A stretch of 64,000 nt of DNA, from the NCBI GenBank assembly GCA_043228905.1, contig JBHGNT010000018.1, positions 12,648,001 to 12,712,000 of the forward strand, read 5' to 3'. The position numbers and the translations under genes were made by a program. Positions 49,539 through 60,853 of the stretch are shown here, one piece after another. Every line of letters begins with the position of its first letter. The first letter of the stretch is position 1. This DNA comes from Azolla caroliniana. Taxonomy: Eukaryota > Plantae > Polypodiophyta. The notes beneath the pieces are model-generated. The model saw nothing but the letters and a program-made list of their open reading frames with translations. It was not told where the DNA came from and searched no databases.

Positions 49539-50580
49539 CAGGGCCGGATAATGGGTTCGACGTACAAGGTACTGTCCCACGGGCGTGCCATGTGTTACCC
49601 GACCGGCAAGAAGGCTTAAGGATGTCCAGACCAGTGTGTGAAAGGAATAGTTTCTTCAGGAACTATTGTAATTATTTTATTAATATGGACGGACGGACCG
49701 AAATCAGTATGCCGATCTGGATCCGGACCGATTCTGAATAGGTGCCAGTTGGCACCATTTTGGACTTCGCACCGGAAACCTATATAAAGGCCCGGTTACA
49801 ATGTAATGGACAACGGATAATTAATAGAACTTATTGCCTTAACCTTTCAGTATTGATTACCGTTCTATACTCATTGTTATATCTTACGCGTGTTAATGAC
49901 GTATTGCTAAGTAACCACTTAAGGTCTAATTAAGCGTTGTGTCGTAAGTCATATTGCCGTAACACCCTTTGGTGAAGTGTCTTAAGAGGACACCCTGTGT
50001 TAGGCTATTGTACGGCCCTAGGATTAACAAACAGTTTGAATCCTTTCCAGCTGGAAGCACCACCTATCTTCGTCATCGCCTTTGCTTCTAGAGTTACCAT
50101 CATCACCATCCTTGCTTCCAGAGTTACTGTAATCAACATCCTTGTCTTCGACGTCATCATTTTCAGCACCTCTTCACCCAACCATCATCGTCATCAACAC
50201 TACTTGTCATTATTTTTAGGTATCATTTTGCATCACAGTTTTGGTGAGGAGTGCTTTCGATCACTCACCTTCCCAGTTCTGGTGGGGGTCACAACCACTC
50301 ACTTTCCTGGTGGGGATCGGATCATTGCTCACTTGCACTGCATTTTCGTTATAGTTCAAGTCGCGCTCCATTTTCTGTTGGCGAGGATCGATTTCATCGC
50401 TCACCTTCTAGTTTCGGTGGGGGTCACAACCACTCACTTTCCTGGTGGGGATCGCGTGGGATTCTCTCTAGTGCTACCATTCGTGTCGTGTCTTTGGTCA
50501 ACCTCGACTATTTACCCTCTCATAATAGAAGAAGCCCAATCGACTGCTTCACTTGCACTCCTACGCCCGTTGTTGTTCCA

Positions 50581-51320
50581 GTTCTCGGTGAGGGCCGCAT
50601 GGTCAATCACGTCCGTTCGTTTCCAATTCTCGGCAAGGGCCGCATGGTCGCTCACGCTCGTTCGTGTTTAGTTCTCGGTGAGGTCCGCATGGTCGCTCAC
50701 GTCCATTCGTGTTTAGTTCTCGATGAGGGCCACATGGTCGTTCACGTCTGTTCGTGTTTTCGATGAGGACCGCACATGGTCACTCACGTTCCATTTGCCG
50801 ATGAAGGCCACACATGGTCACTCATGTATGTTCATGTTCTAGTTCTCAGTGAGGGCCGCATGGTCGCTCATGCCCATTCATGTTCAGTTCTTGTTGAGGG
50901 CCGCATGGTCGCTCACGTCCGTTCGTGTTCTAGTTCTCAGTGAGGGTTGCATGGTCGCTTACACCCATTCGTGTCACTCATGTTCTAGTTCCCGATGAGG
51001 ACCATACATGGTTTCTCACTCCCATTTGTGTTCCAGTCTCCGGTGAGGACCGCACATGGTCACTCACTCCAGCTATTGTTCGTGTTCCAGATCTTGACGA
51101 GGACCGACATAGTCGCTCTTGCCCGATGTTGTTCATGTTGTAGTTCCCGGTGAGGACCACACATGGTCGCTCACGCCCGTTGGTGTTCGTGTTCCAACTC
51201 TCAGCAAGGGCCAACATGGTTTGTCATGCCCGTTGGTGTTCGTGTTCCCTGTGAGGACCGCACATGGTTCCTCATCTCCATTGGTGTTCATGTTTCAAGT
51301 GAGGACAACACATGGTTTGT
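50581..51320 (+). repeat. degenerate ~45-bp tandem array inside element G
   Basis: Core GAGGGCCGCATGGTCGCTCAC recurs at 50590, 50635, 50680, 50725 and onward with length variation. Confidence 0.85.
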
Positions 51321-52199
51321 CACAGCCACCACTTCCTGTTCACCCCTACACCGTGCTTTCGAAAAGGCGGCCGTAAAGGGGAGGATAATGTCACAGACAT
51401 GACAACAGTTATGTCAAGATTTGAGCTCTTGACCTCTTGTATTATAGTCAAGTGTTATATTGTAACCAACAGTACACAATTGTGTTATGTATATCTTCAT
51501 AGATTATCTATTCACGTTCTAGCCATTTTTAGAAAGTTCTAGAACTAGAAGGTTCTAGAGGTTCTAGAATATTCTCCAAAATATTCTCAAGAATATTCTA
51601 ATGCATGTACTTCAACTCACAGTATTTATACTTGTAACCTCCTTGGTCCTTTTCAGGGGATTTAACACCAGTCATTGACACATCAATCCAGTATTCTCGT
51701 TTCGCCTCATCTTTGTCTCCTTGATCTTTATTTATGTCTTCATGCCCTCATGTCGCTCATAACATCTAGAATTCCAAGCCTTGTCACATCTAGCTCCAAG
51801 TTCATCTGTCACTCGTAGCCCCATCATTTGTACTCCGTCCTAGTCCGCGGTTGGTGTGTCCATGACACTCGTCCTTGTTTGCAGATGTAATGCACCCACA
51901 AGCTTTAGGTAATGATGTTAAAGAAAATTGGAAATATTTGACAGATTTCATCCTTCAAGTATGATATCAATACTTTAAAATGTGTGTTGGTGGATATAAA
52001 AGATCTAGTTTCCCATGAAATTTTGGGTTCGGTGGGGAATATAAGATATATCTCAAACAATGTAAGTTTGCAAAAAGGGAAAGTAGATGGGTTTTGGTGT
52101 GACACCAATATAGGAAGGTAGTGAGGACAAAGAAAAGACAATTAAATAATTCCAAATGCAAGAGAAAAAAGGAAAGGTTGTTTAATCTCCAAACAAGCC

Positions 52200-52727
52200 T
52201 AACATGGAGAAACTCAATGTTAAGAAGGAAGATATCGAAGGTGAATTTATAAATGAAGAGATTCTAGAATATTTACAAAGCCTATATATGCACGAGAAGG
52301 GGCTCCTATGTTTGAGAACATTGAAACACCTTGTAATATGTGCATTTATATTAAAGATGCCAATAAGGAAACAATAAATATGGCTAATGGGAAAACAATT
52401 AATGTAAGTGTCATTATAAGTGAGCTCTTTAAATGGACAATATCAAGTATTGGTAATTGGGTCATGACTATCATAAATCAAGCTATTCAACAAGGTTTGT
52501 TGAATGATTGGCTCATGAATTTGATTAAGACAATTTTTAAAGAAAGAGAAAACAATCAAGTATCAAATTATCACACAATAATGATTGTCTCAACTATTGC
52601 TAAATTGTATAGCACTATGATGGAGAAAAGGATAATCGCATGGGCTTAAAGTAAAAATACTCAAAAGTACACTTAGCACTTGGCAAGTAGGTTTTCAACC
52701 AAAAAACTCAATGGTAGATCATCTAGT
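52200..52727 (+). pseudogene. old LINE reverse-transcriptase fragment
   Basis: SELFKW...IINQA...W...IKTIFK...NYHTIMI...AKLYSTMME...GF...VDHL, homologous to the RT start of the LINE at 54041. Confidence 0.7.
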
Positions 52728-53708
52728 TGTTCAATATGGGTATATAAAGGTCGTATTAGCATTGTCCAATTCGGACAAACTAGGTTAGGACATATTTGTA
52801 ATATGCTCAAAGGGCAGTTGCACTAGCACACATAGTATATAATTGAACTTGTAGCTAACTAGTTTGTAGTGTATGCAGATGCCTTCATTTTTGTAACGTC
52901 TTGATCTTGAATAATACAGTTACATAGTTGTGTGCCTCTTTGTCTCACTCTCTGTTCTTGTTGATCTTGCTAAGTTGTCTTAGTTTCCCTCTATTCACCT
53001 TGATTATATTTACCATCTTGTTGTTCTTCACACTATAATGTTGATTCGTTATCTCCTTATTGACAACGTTGTCTCGAACATTTGGTATCAAAGCTCGAGG
53101 TTCTTTTCATTATCGGTCATCATTACTCCTATCATCGACACTTTTGCTTTGGTCTTTGAAGACTTGGATTAACGCTCTCAGAGAAGAATAGGCACTTTGT
53201 TAATTTGCACTCTATTCGACTAGAACAAAATTTAGGTACCCCTTCGTTGGTTGTAGTCGATTAGAGTGGGATCTTGAATCAGTTGGCACCATCCCCATTG
53301 ATTTGGGCTAGGTGACATTCTAGAACAATCATCTGAAATCAAGATTTATGTCATCTGAATCCGGCTCACTAGAGATGAAGTCTCGGGAAGTTCGATGGAT
53401 CAAACTTCAATTTCTAGAATGAACAAATGCAAGATTATCTGATCATGAAGGGTTAGATCAATCCAATCGAGAACAAAAATCCTCTAGAAGAGTACAAGCC
53501 GAATGAATCGACAAAATTGGATCGGATAGCTTGTGCCACCATTCAGGTGCACTTATCCAAATCAGTCTATTACATTGTGCAATCGTGTTTGATGGCATTC
53601 CAATTGTGGAAGACAATGTCAAACACTTATGAGAAGAAAGTGGCTGCCACCAAAACCTATCTAATTCAACGATTGTACAATCTTCGGATGAAAGAATCTG
53701 ATTCCCAT
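52728..53708 (+). mobile_element. copia F-related 5' fragment (LTR 52728-53080, PBS, start of gag)
   Basis: TGTT...AACA LTR; TGGTATCAAAGC at 53083; gag YEKKVAATKTYLIQRLYNLRMKESDS matches element F. Confidence 0.85.
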
Positions 53709-53989
53709 TGTAATAACATATATGATGTGTAATTATAATAATTATATTTTTAGTTATTATGAGATATTTAGAATATTCTAGAACATTCTAGATTATTCTA
53801 GAACATCCTTAATATTTCATGATTTATATTTATTATCATAAATATCTAACATTCTAGAATACTCCATAAGGATCTATAAGTAAGTGTCCATTCATTCATC
53901 ACAACTCATTCGGTTCAACACAAGTCTTTAGCCCTTAGCCTACTCTTTGTAATCTTGTTTCCTCATAATATAATCTCATTTCCATTTCA

Positions 53990-54037
<48 letters not shown>

Positions 54038-54039
<2 letters not shown>

Positions 54040-57000
54040 AATGTCTAAACGAAAGGAACATAGGGATACACAAGACGAGGCTATAAGTAAGGAGGACTTT
54101 TTAGGTATGTTTAACCGTTTAACAAAAATAGAGATGGATATGAAAAAATGGGTGAAAGACGCCGAAACCCACAAGAAAAAAGATAGAGAGGAAAAAGACG
54201 CCGCCAAGGCCGAAATAGAAACACTTAAAGAGGAAAACACAAACCTCAAACAACAACTTAATGACATCGAGGTATCCCGAGAGGACAGTGAAATATCATC
54301 CATAGAGGATATAAAAGATGAGATCAAAAAAGTTAAAGAGGAGGTTAAAAATAACATAGAGTTAGCAAAAACGGGTTGGGTAGATGTGGTTAAAAGAAAC
54401 ATTAAAAAAGAAATAAAAGATGAAAATAAAAGATGAAAAGATGTGACCCTTGAAGAGGAGAAAATGCGTCAGGCCTGACGCCTAAATGTGCATGTCATTG
54501 GGCTCAAGGAAGGTGCATCCCCGGACGAGGATGCACAAACACTCGAGAAAATGTTAGGGTACACAACGACCCTACCTATCACCAAAGCTTGGAGGGTCGG
54601 ACGTGACACAACTAGGAAGAAAGCCTTAGTTCTTCAATTTAAAGACTTAGACTCTAGAATCACTTTCTTTAAGAAGAGACCAATTCTTCGAGGATTGGGT
54701 GGGGACCCTATCTATCTCGATGAAGACCTCACCAAAATGCAAATTGAGCATCTCAAGAGTTGTATGCCAAAGGTTATGCAAGCTCGTAAAGAAGGGCATC
54801 GCGGCTTTTATTGCGATGGGTGAGTGATCATAAATGATCGCACTACTAATTGACGACGTGTGGCCCATGTGACAAAAAACACACTTAGGATGACCTTATG
54901 GAATTGTAACGGTGCACTCTGGACACACCCCGGCCGCCTAGAGGAGATATTAAAGGAATCAGATATAGTTTGCCTAGTAGAAACACACCAAAGCCCAAAT
55001 AGGGGACTCCCACAAGTCGAAGGATTTCGTTGGGAGTTAGCTTTTAGACAAACTTCATGTTGATGCATGTTGGGAGACAGGTCCCTCCGGATGGGAAGGG
55101 AGAAGAACAGTGCTGATGAACAAACTTGGCCGAGGCCGAAACCAAATGAGGAGTACCCGGCTACGGAGAGCTGCATGGTGCAGGCCCGGTGAGAACCGGA
55201 TGAGGAGTACCCGGCTACGGAGAGCCGGATGGTGCAGGCCCGGTGAGAACCGGATGAGGAGTACCCGGCTACGGAGAGCCAGATGGTGCAGGCCCGGTGA
55301 GAACCGGATGAGGAGTACCCGGCTACGGAGAACCGGATGGTGCAGACCCGGTGAGAACCGGATGAGGAGTACCCGGTGAGAACTAGATGAGGAGTACCCG
55401 GCTACGGAGAGCCGGATGGTGCAGACCCAGTGAGAACCGGATGAGGAGTACCCGGCTACGGAGAGTCGGATGGTGCAGACCCAGTGAGAACCGGATGAAG
55501 AGACATATTCGTAAATATGTTTCTGAGAGTCCATCATGGCTATATTTGTAAATAGCCGAAAAGTCATATTAGTATAAATATGACTTAGGGCAAACTTTTA
55601 GGTGTGGTCATTTTCTTGTTGGTGTAAGAAGAGAGTGTGTGTAACCGCGTACAGAGAGAGAGAGAGAAAGAGGTCGTTGCCTCTGTTGAAACCGCTGCCT
55701 GTGGCGAAGATCGTGAGCACGAGGTTGTTGCCTCCGTGAACTCACTGTTGTACATTCTAACATAGTGATAGTTTGCAACCTGTGGGCTGTCGTGGTTTTT
55801 TCCCTAGTTTGGGGTTTTCCACGTAAACATCTTGTGTACTCTTCTCTTCTTTGTGTCGTGCGTTTATTTCCCGTTTTCTGTGTATGATTCTAAGCTCGGT
55901 TGTGGCCGAGCGTTGCGTATAAGGAGCGTACAGTTCCCGTCAATGCACTACCAGGGGATCTGGAGGTGTCACAATATTGTTTCGGAGGGAGCTACATAAT
56001 AGGATAGAAATACTGATCACAGACCCAGAAGCTCGTTTTATGTGGGTGAAAATCTCCACAAGCGAGGACAAGGCATATTTTTTGCCATTTGTTACTCCCC
56101 CCCGAAAGGCTCTCGTTATAATCTAGCTGGCGAGGCGAGATTAGATCATGAAGGAGTGCCACATGGGCCTTCCCCATATGAACCTCTATCGGATGACATA
56201 ATGGTCTAGCCAAGTGGCCAAGTTCGGAAGAGCTCACATGTTTCCCACATGGAGGAGGGGAAAGCACAGTTGATTATCTAATAGGACGCCCTAAAGCTAC
56301 CCACATGATTAACTCCTTCCGAGTGGCCCCATGTCCTATTGGCGCGGACCATAGTTTCTTATACTTCGAGCTAAAATGCGATATCTCTAACGTCACCAAC
56401 TCTAGTCAAGCATGCCATGACATCACAATACATTTCACACATGAGCTCCCTCACATATATGCTCGACATGTTCAAGCCCATCTCTCCTCCCTTGATCCCT
56501 CCCTACCCTTAGAGAGCCTTAGTACGAAACTCACACATATCCTTCACTTTGCAACAGTTAGCAGTTTCCCATACACGAAACACTCCAATCAAGGTAAAGT
56601 AGGATCTATGCCACAAAATAGATGGTATGATGAGGATTGTAGGTGCTTACATAGACAACTTACAATATCGCAACTCAGTGGTAGTATTACCTCAGTACAA
56701 GCTCATAAAGAAATGCGCAAGATGACACGTCGTAAGAGACGAGCATGGGAGGAGTCCCAATATTGGGAACTCTACCATATGCTCATGAGTAGCGATTGTG
56801 CCACTGCATGGAAGAGATTACGGGAACCAAGACCACAAACACCCATCGAAGATCCCGAAACTTGGCACACTTATACAGAGACACTTTACCAAATCCCAAA
56901 GCAACCACCCATTCGAATGCCTTCTACACCCCGACCTACTGTGGGGACACTCTTCACGACCTCTAGGGTCACGAAGGTCATAAAGAAATTACAACATAGG

Positions 57001-59440
57001 AATTCCATGGACCACACAGGATTGCGAGCAAAACACATCATATATGCGAGAGAGTGCCTAGCTCCCTTACTAACTTTAATCTTCAATCGTGCCCTCGTAG
57101 AGGGTTTTCCACCACAATGGACCATGAAAATAGTGGCCCCCATACATAAAAGGGGGACCCCATGGACCCAAATACTTATAGGACCATTATGATAGGTCAT
57201 ACCCTTGCTAAATTATATGGTGTAGTAATGGAGGCAGAGCTCAGCGATTATATGGAGACCTTAAATCTTCGTGCACCTGAACAAGCTGGCTTTAGACGAG
57301 CCTTCTCCCCTATTGATCATATCTTCACACTTAGATGCTTAATTGACCAGACTAAGGCTCGCAAGAAGAAACTATATTGTTGTTTTGTGGACTTCCGCAA
57401 AGCCTTTGACACGGTCCCTAGAGAGCGGTTGTTTGATAGGCTTAAGAGCTTGAGGATACCAGATGACATGGTTTGGGCCATCTACGCACTATATGAACAA
57501 GTGTCCGGGTGTGTTCGATGCCCAGGTGGCATATCCGATAGTTTCACTAGCACTATTGGTGTAAAACAAGGTTGCTCCTTATCTCCAACTCTTTTTGGGA
57601 TCTACATTGATGAGATCACAGATTTTATTGCTCGTAAGGGAGGCAATGGAGTAGTCCTTGGGGATATGCAGGTGCGTATCTTGCTCTATGCAGATGACAT
57701 AGTTTTGCTCTCTGAATCCGAACACAACCTACAAAGGCACCTTAATGCCTTAGATGACTTTTTCACACAACGAGGATTGGTAATGAATCTAGGGAAAACT
57801 AAAGTCCTTATCTTCCACACATCGGCCCAAGTTAGAGCTAAGTGTCACCTAACTATCTCCCATAGCCCAATTGAGGTGGTTGGATCATATGTCTATCTCA
57901 GAGTCACTTTCAGTGCCCGCTCAGGTAAATTTTCGATGACACATGCAGTGAAGGATAGACTTACAAGAGGACATGCATCCCTCTCACTCCTCGAGAGACA
58001 ATGCCACCAAGCATACTTCCAAGAGCCATGAACTAAAGGGTGGCTCTTTGACTCATTAGTGACTCCCTCTCTCATGTATGCATCAGCGGTTTGGGCTCCA
58101 GGACTACCATCTTTCATGTGGACGCAATTAGAGAGACCATTGGTGATGATGTTATCACACCAACTCCGAAGCAAATCTTCGATCCCACATGACATTATTA
58201 GGGCTGAGTTCACTCTACCCCCTATGTTAGTAGAAGCACTTTTTCAACTTGTAGTCTTTATCCACAAGATACATAACCAACCACTTGATAGAATATCCCA
58301 TCAAGCCTTTAAGGCTTCTTGAACACTGTATGAGTCCGACTATACTAGCTCATGGTATGGCATGATGGTGAGTTGGCTTCTTGCCAACGGTCTAGACATG
58401 AATAACCCCCCCCCCCCCCCCCCCCCCCCTTAAGTACGACCACACGATTGATAACACTTTAATCTCTCATGAGGACCGTAATAAAGTAATACGCCAAGAA
58501 ATATGGCAAATTTATACTCAGTATAAATGGATCACCCACTAGAGCCACTCCCATCTAAAATGTCGTACTATAAGGAACACTTTATGCACTTCTCTAAGTT
58601 AGATTTTATTACACGGCCAAGATATCTAGATGTATTCTTACCACATGCACTAAGGGTTGCCATTGGTCAACTTAGAATATCATCTCACCAACTTGAGATT
58701 GAGAATGGACGTACTAATGGAGTCCCTAGGGAGGAAAGGATATGTAGGTTATGCCACATAGAGATAGAGGATGAGTACCATTTTACATGCAAATGCCCGA
58801 CCTATGCGGAGATAAGGGCAAAATACCAAGACATACTTGGTTCCTCTCCCACCCTCCCTAAACTATTAGATACACTAGATATAAAGAAATTAGGTAGATA
58901 CATCTTAGAATGGAAACAACACAGAGAGAATAAGATACAAAACGTTGATAATAATGTTGCTAATGTTTACCAACATGTAACAAATGAAGTTTTTCAGGAA
59001 TAGGGGGAGACAATGAATGTCAACACACATGCACCACTCAGGCTTTTCCTTGATGAAGCAGAAAATCAAAGAAGAACCAAATGCCCTTGGATGCCAGGTT
59101 TCAAAGCAACTCGACGAGATGTAGAAGAAATAAAGAAAATAAGGGAACATGAACTACACCGCCTAGACGCCATGGCTAGGGCACTCTATACACCGGGACC
59201 ATGGGTCACACCCACACCAAAAACTTTTGACCTCCCACTTCTTTTTGAGAGACTTGGATGGAAATGAGATTAGGCTTAGTGCAAAGTTTTGTACACTACT
59301 AGAACTCTCTTAGCTTAAGCTATTTTCTTTTATTTTAGTTTTGATGATTGGATAAACACTCATGTTTGTTGTAAACCAATTGTCTCATGGGCCAAATTTG
59401 GCCTTAGAAGACGTCAATATATCTTTCTTTCTTTCTTTCT
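54038..59440 (+). mobile_element. near full-length LINE (APE-RT-CCHC, RTEX-like), degenerate
   Basis: Coiled-coil ORF1 from 54041; ORF2 APE (WNCNG, CLVETH, GSGGV, STVDY; GDxN segment deleted), RT (QAGFR, FVDFRKAFD, GVKQG, YADD), RICRLC...DEYHF..C; (TCTT)n tail at 59422; sits in a (CT)n run. Clade call is tentative. Confidence 0.9.
55068..55942 (+). mobile_element. solo LTR (875 bp) with 54-bp tandem array, inserted in the LINE endonuclease
   Basis: TGTTGGG...CCCGTCA termini; perfect TSD ATGCA; array 55146-55499. Confidence 0.92.
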
Positions 59441-60366
59441 CTCTCCTACTCACAGGTCAGGACAGTTTGAACCGAATTCTTTCTTTTTCCTTTTCCAATA
59501 ACCCTAGCAAGCTTTCTTCTTTTTACTTCTTTCTTTCCCCCCCTCAATTATGGAGTTCGTCAACAAGCAAGAGTATGTGCGTGTCCTTTCTGAGCTCGAC
59601 ATGCTTACGACTAAGTTTGTTAATTAGAGCAAGAAAATCAAATGCTACTCGGGGATCTACAACAAGTGAGTACTAAGAAAGCTCATCAATATGAGGAGCT
59701 ATCACAACAGGTTCATCAACTCGAGGCTACTATATTAACATTATGAGAACAACCTACGGTGGTTCAAAACTCCCCAAGGGAACCAAAGATTAGCCTCCCC
59801 ACCAAGTTTGATGGTACCAAATCTTTGTTTCGAGTTTCCCGCATCCAGTCTGTTTGGTGATTCAGTTACATCCGAATCGATACCCAACTGATGCTGCTCG
59901 TGTGGGATTAGTAGGAACCTTGCTAAGCGGTACAACATTAGCATGGTTTGCACCACTTCTCGAGAAGAAATCACCATTGTTGGAGGATTTCGAGGCATTC
60001 GTTAAGGAGTTTCAAGCTAGTTTTGGAGACACCAATAGCACTGGGACGACAATAAACAAGATTTGAAGACTCCAACAAGTAGATCGTCCCACTTCGGCCT
60101 ACGCAACAGATTTCCGTCTCTTGGCATGCGACATCCCTTGGGATGAGGCAACCTTAATGGATCAATTCTGTCAGGGTTTGTGTAACGATGTCAAAGATCT
60201 TCTTCTTACTTTCCACGAAGATCTGAAGTCTCTTATAGAGGCTATTAGTCGAACTGTGCAATGTGATAATCATCTATTTGAGCGACGTTTTGAACGTCAA
60301 CAAATGCTACGGTGCCAACCGGAACAGATGTTCCCTTCAATAGTTGCAACACCGCCACTGTCATGA

Positions 60367-60853
60367 TGTAGCATGGTATGGCTTCAAAAAGATTTGAACC
60401 CAAAACCTTGTGGCACATGGGCAGAAGCCTTACCATTAAGCTATACCTTATAATACAAAAAATATTATTTCCATTTATTATTTCACATAGGAAATCCATG
60501 TATATTCTAGATTTCTCTGGAACATTCTAGAAATGTCAAGAGTATTCCTAAAACTGTTATAGAAAGAGGCACATGGCATTATCGAGAACCAAATCGGTTC
60601 AATGCCAGTCTTAAGCCTCCTAGCTATCATTGTATATTCCTTTCACATAATATATCCTTTTCTTATCATCATTCCCCCCCCCCCCCTCTCTCTCTCTCTC
60701 CCTCTCTCCTTTTTCTCGATTGTTCTACACCCTCTTTTCTTCTTAGTACTAATCTTCATCTCTTAGTACTAATTCCCTCTTTGATTTCAATACTATTCCT
60801 GATAGTTTGAATTGATTTTCCTTCCTTATTCTTACTCCTGCCTCCCTTCATAC
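60367..60853 (+). repeat. LTR related to element H, interrupted by copia B3
   Basis: Starts TGTAGC; shares TTCTAGAA repeats, ATCGGTTCAA and a (CT)n tract with 53709-54037. Confidence 0.6.

Larger units (their letters stand above)
44986..50029 (+). mobile_element. gypsy-type LTR element E (gag fragment plus 3' extra ORF; pol lost)
   Basis: 437-bp LTRs 44986-45422 and 49593-50029; PBS-like TGGCGACC (45430); TSD AACAA/AACAG; retrotransposon gag (DAEAHVHAF...TLEGLASRW...IQQDPGESIS). Confidence 0.88.
44506..51867 (+). mobile_element. non-autonomous LTR element G (479-bp LTRs, non-coding tandem-repeat interior)
   Basis: LTRs 44506-44984 and 51389-51867; PPT AAAGGGGAGGATAA; TSD ATCGT/CTCGT; no recognisable pol. 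Confidence 0.88.
53709..60366 (+). mobile_element. Tcn1/Sushi-like chromovirus fragment H: 5' LTR (53709-59464, split by the LINE) plus gag
   Basis: TGT...ACA LTR halves flank the LINE; gag EPKISLPTKFDG...LLSGTTLAWF...FGD...AYATDFR...WDE...F.QGL...VKD; no tRNA PBS but an 11-nt self-complementary site. Confidence 0.72.

Noticed and set aside
49997-50766. Hydrophobic 224-aa and 171-aa ORFs as env-like genes
   Set aside because: They start in LTR or leader sequence and run through repeats; low complexity with no supporting motif.
50581-51320. CRISPR-like array
   Set aside because: The whole unit repeats with no unique spacers, there are no cas genes, and the context is eukaryotic.
58405-58429. 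Poly-C run as a G-quadruplex regulatory element
   Set aside because: Homopolymer expansion inside a dead LINE ORF2; its length may be a sequencing artefact.
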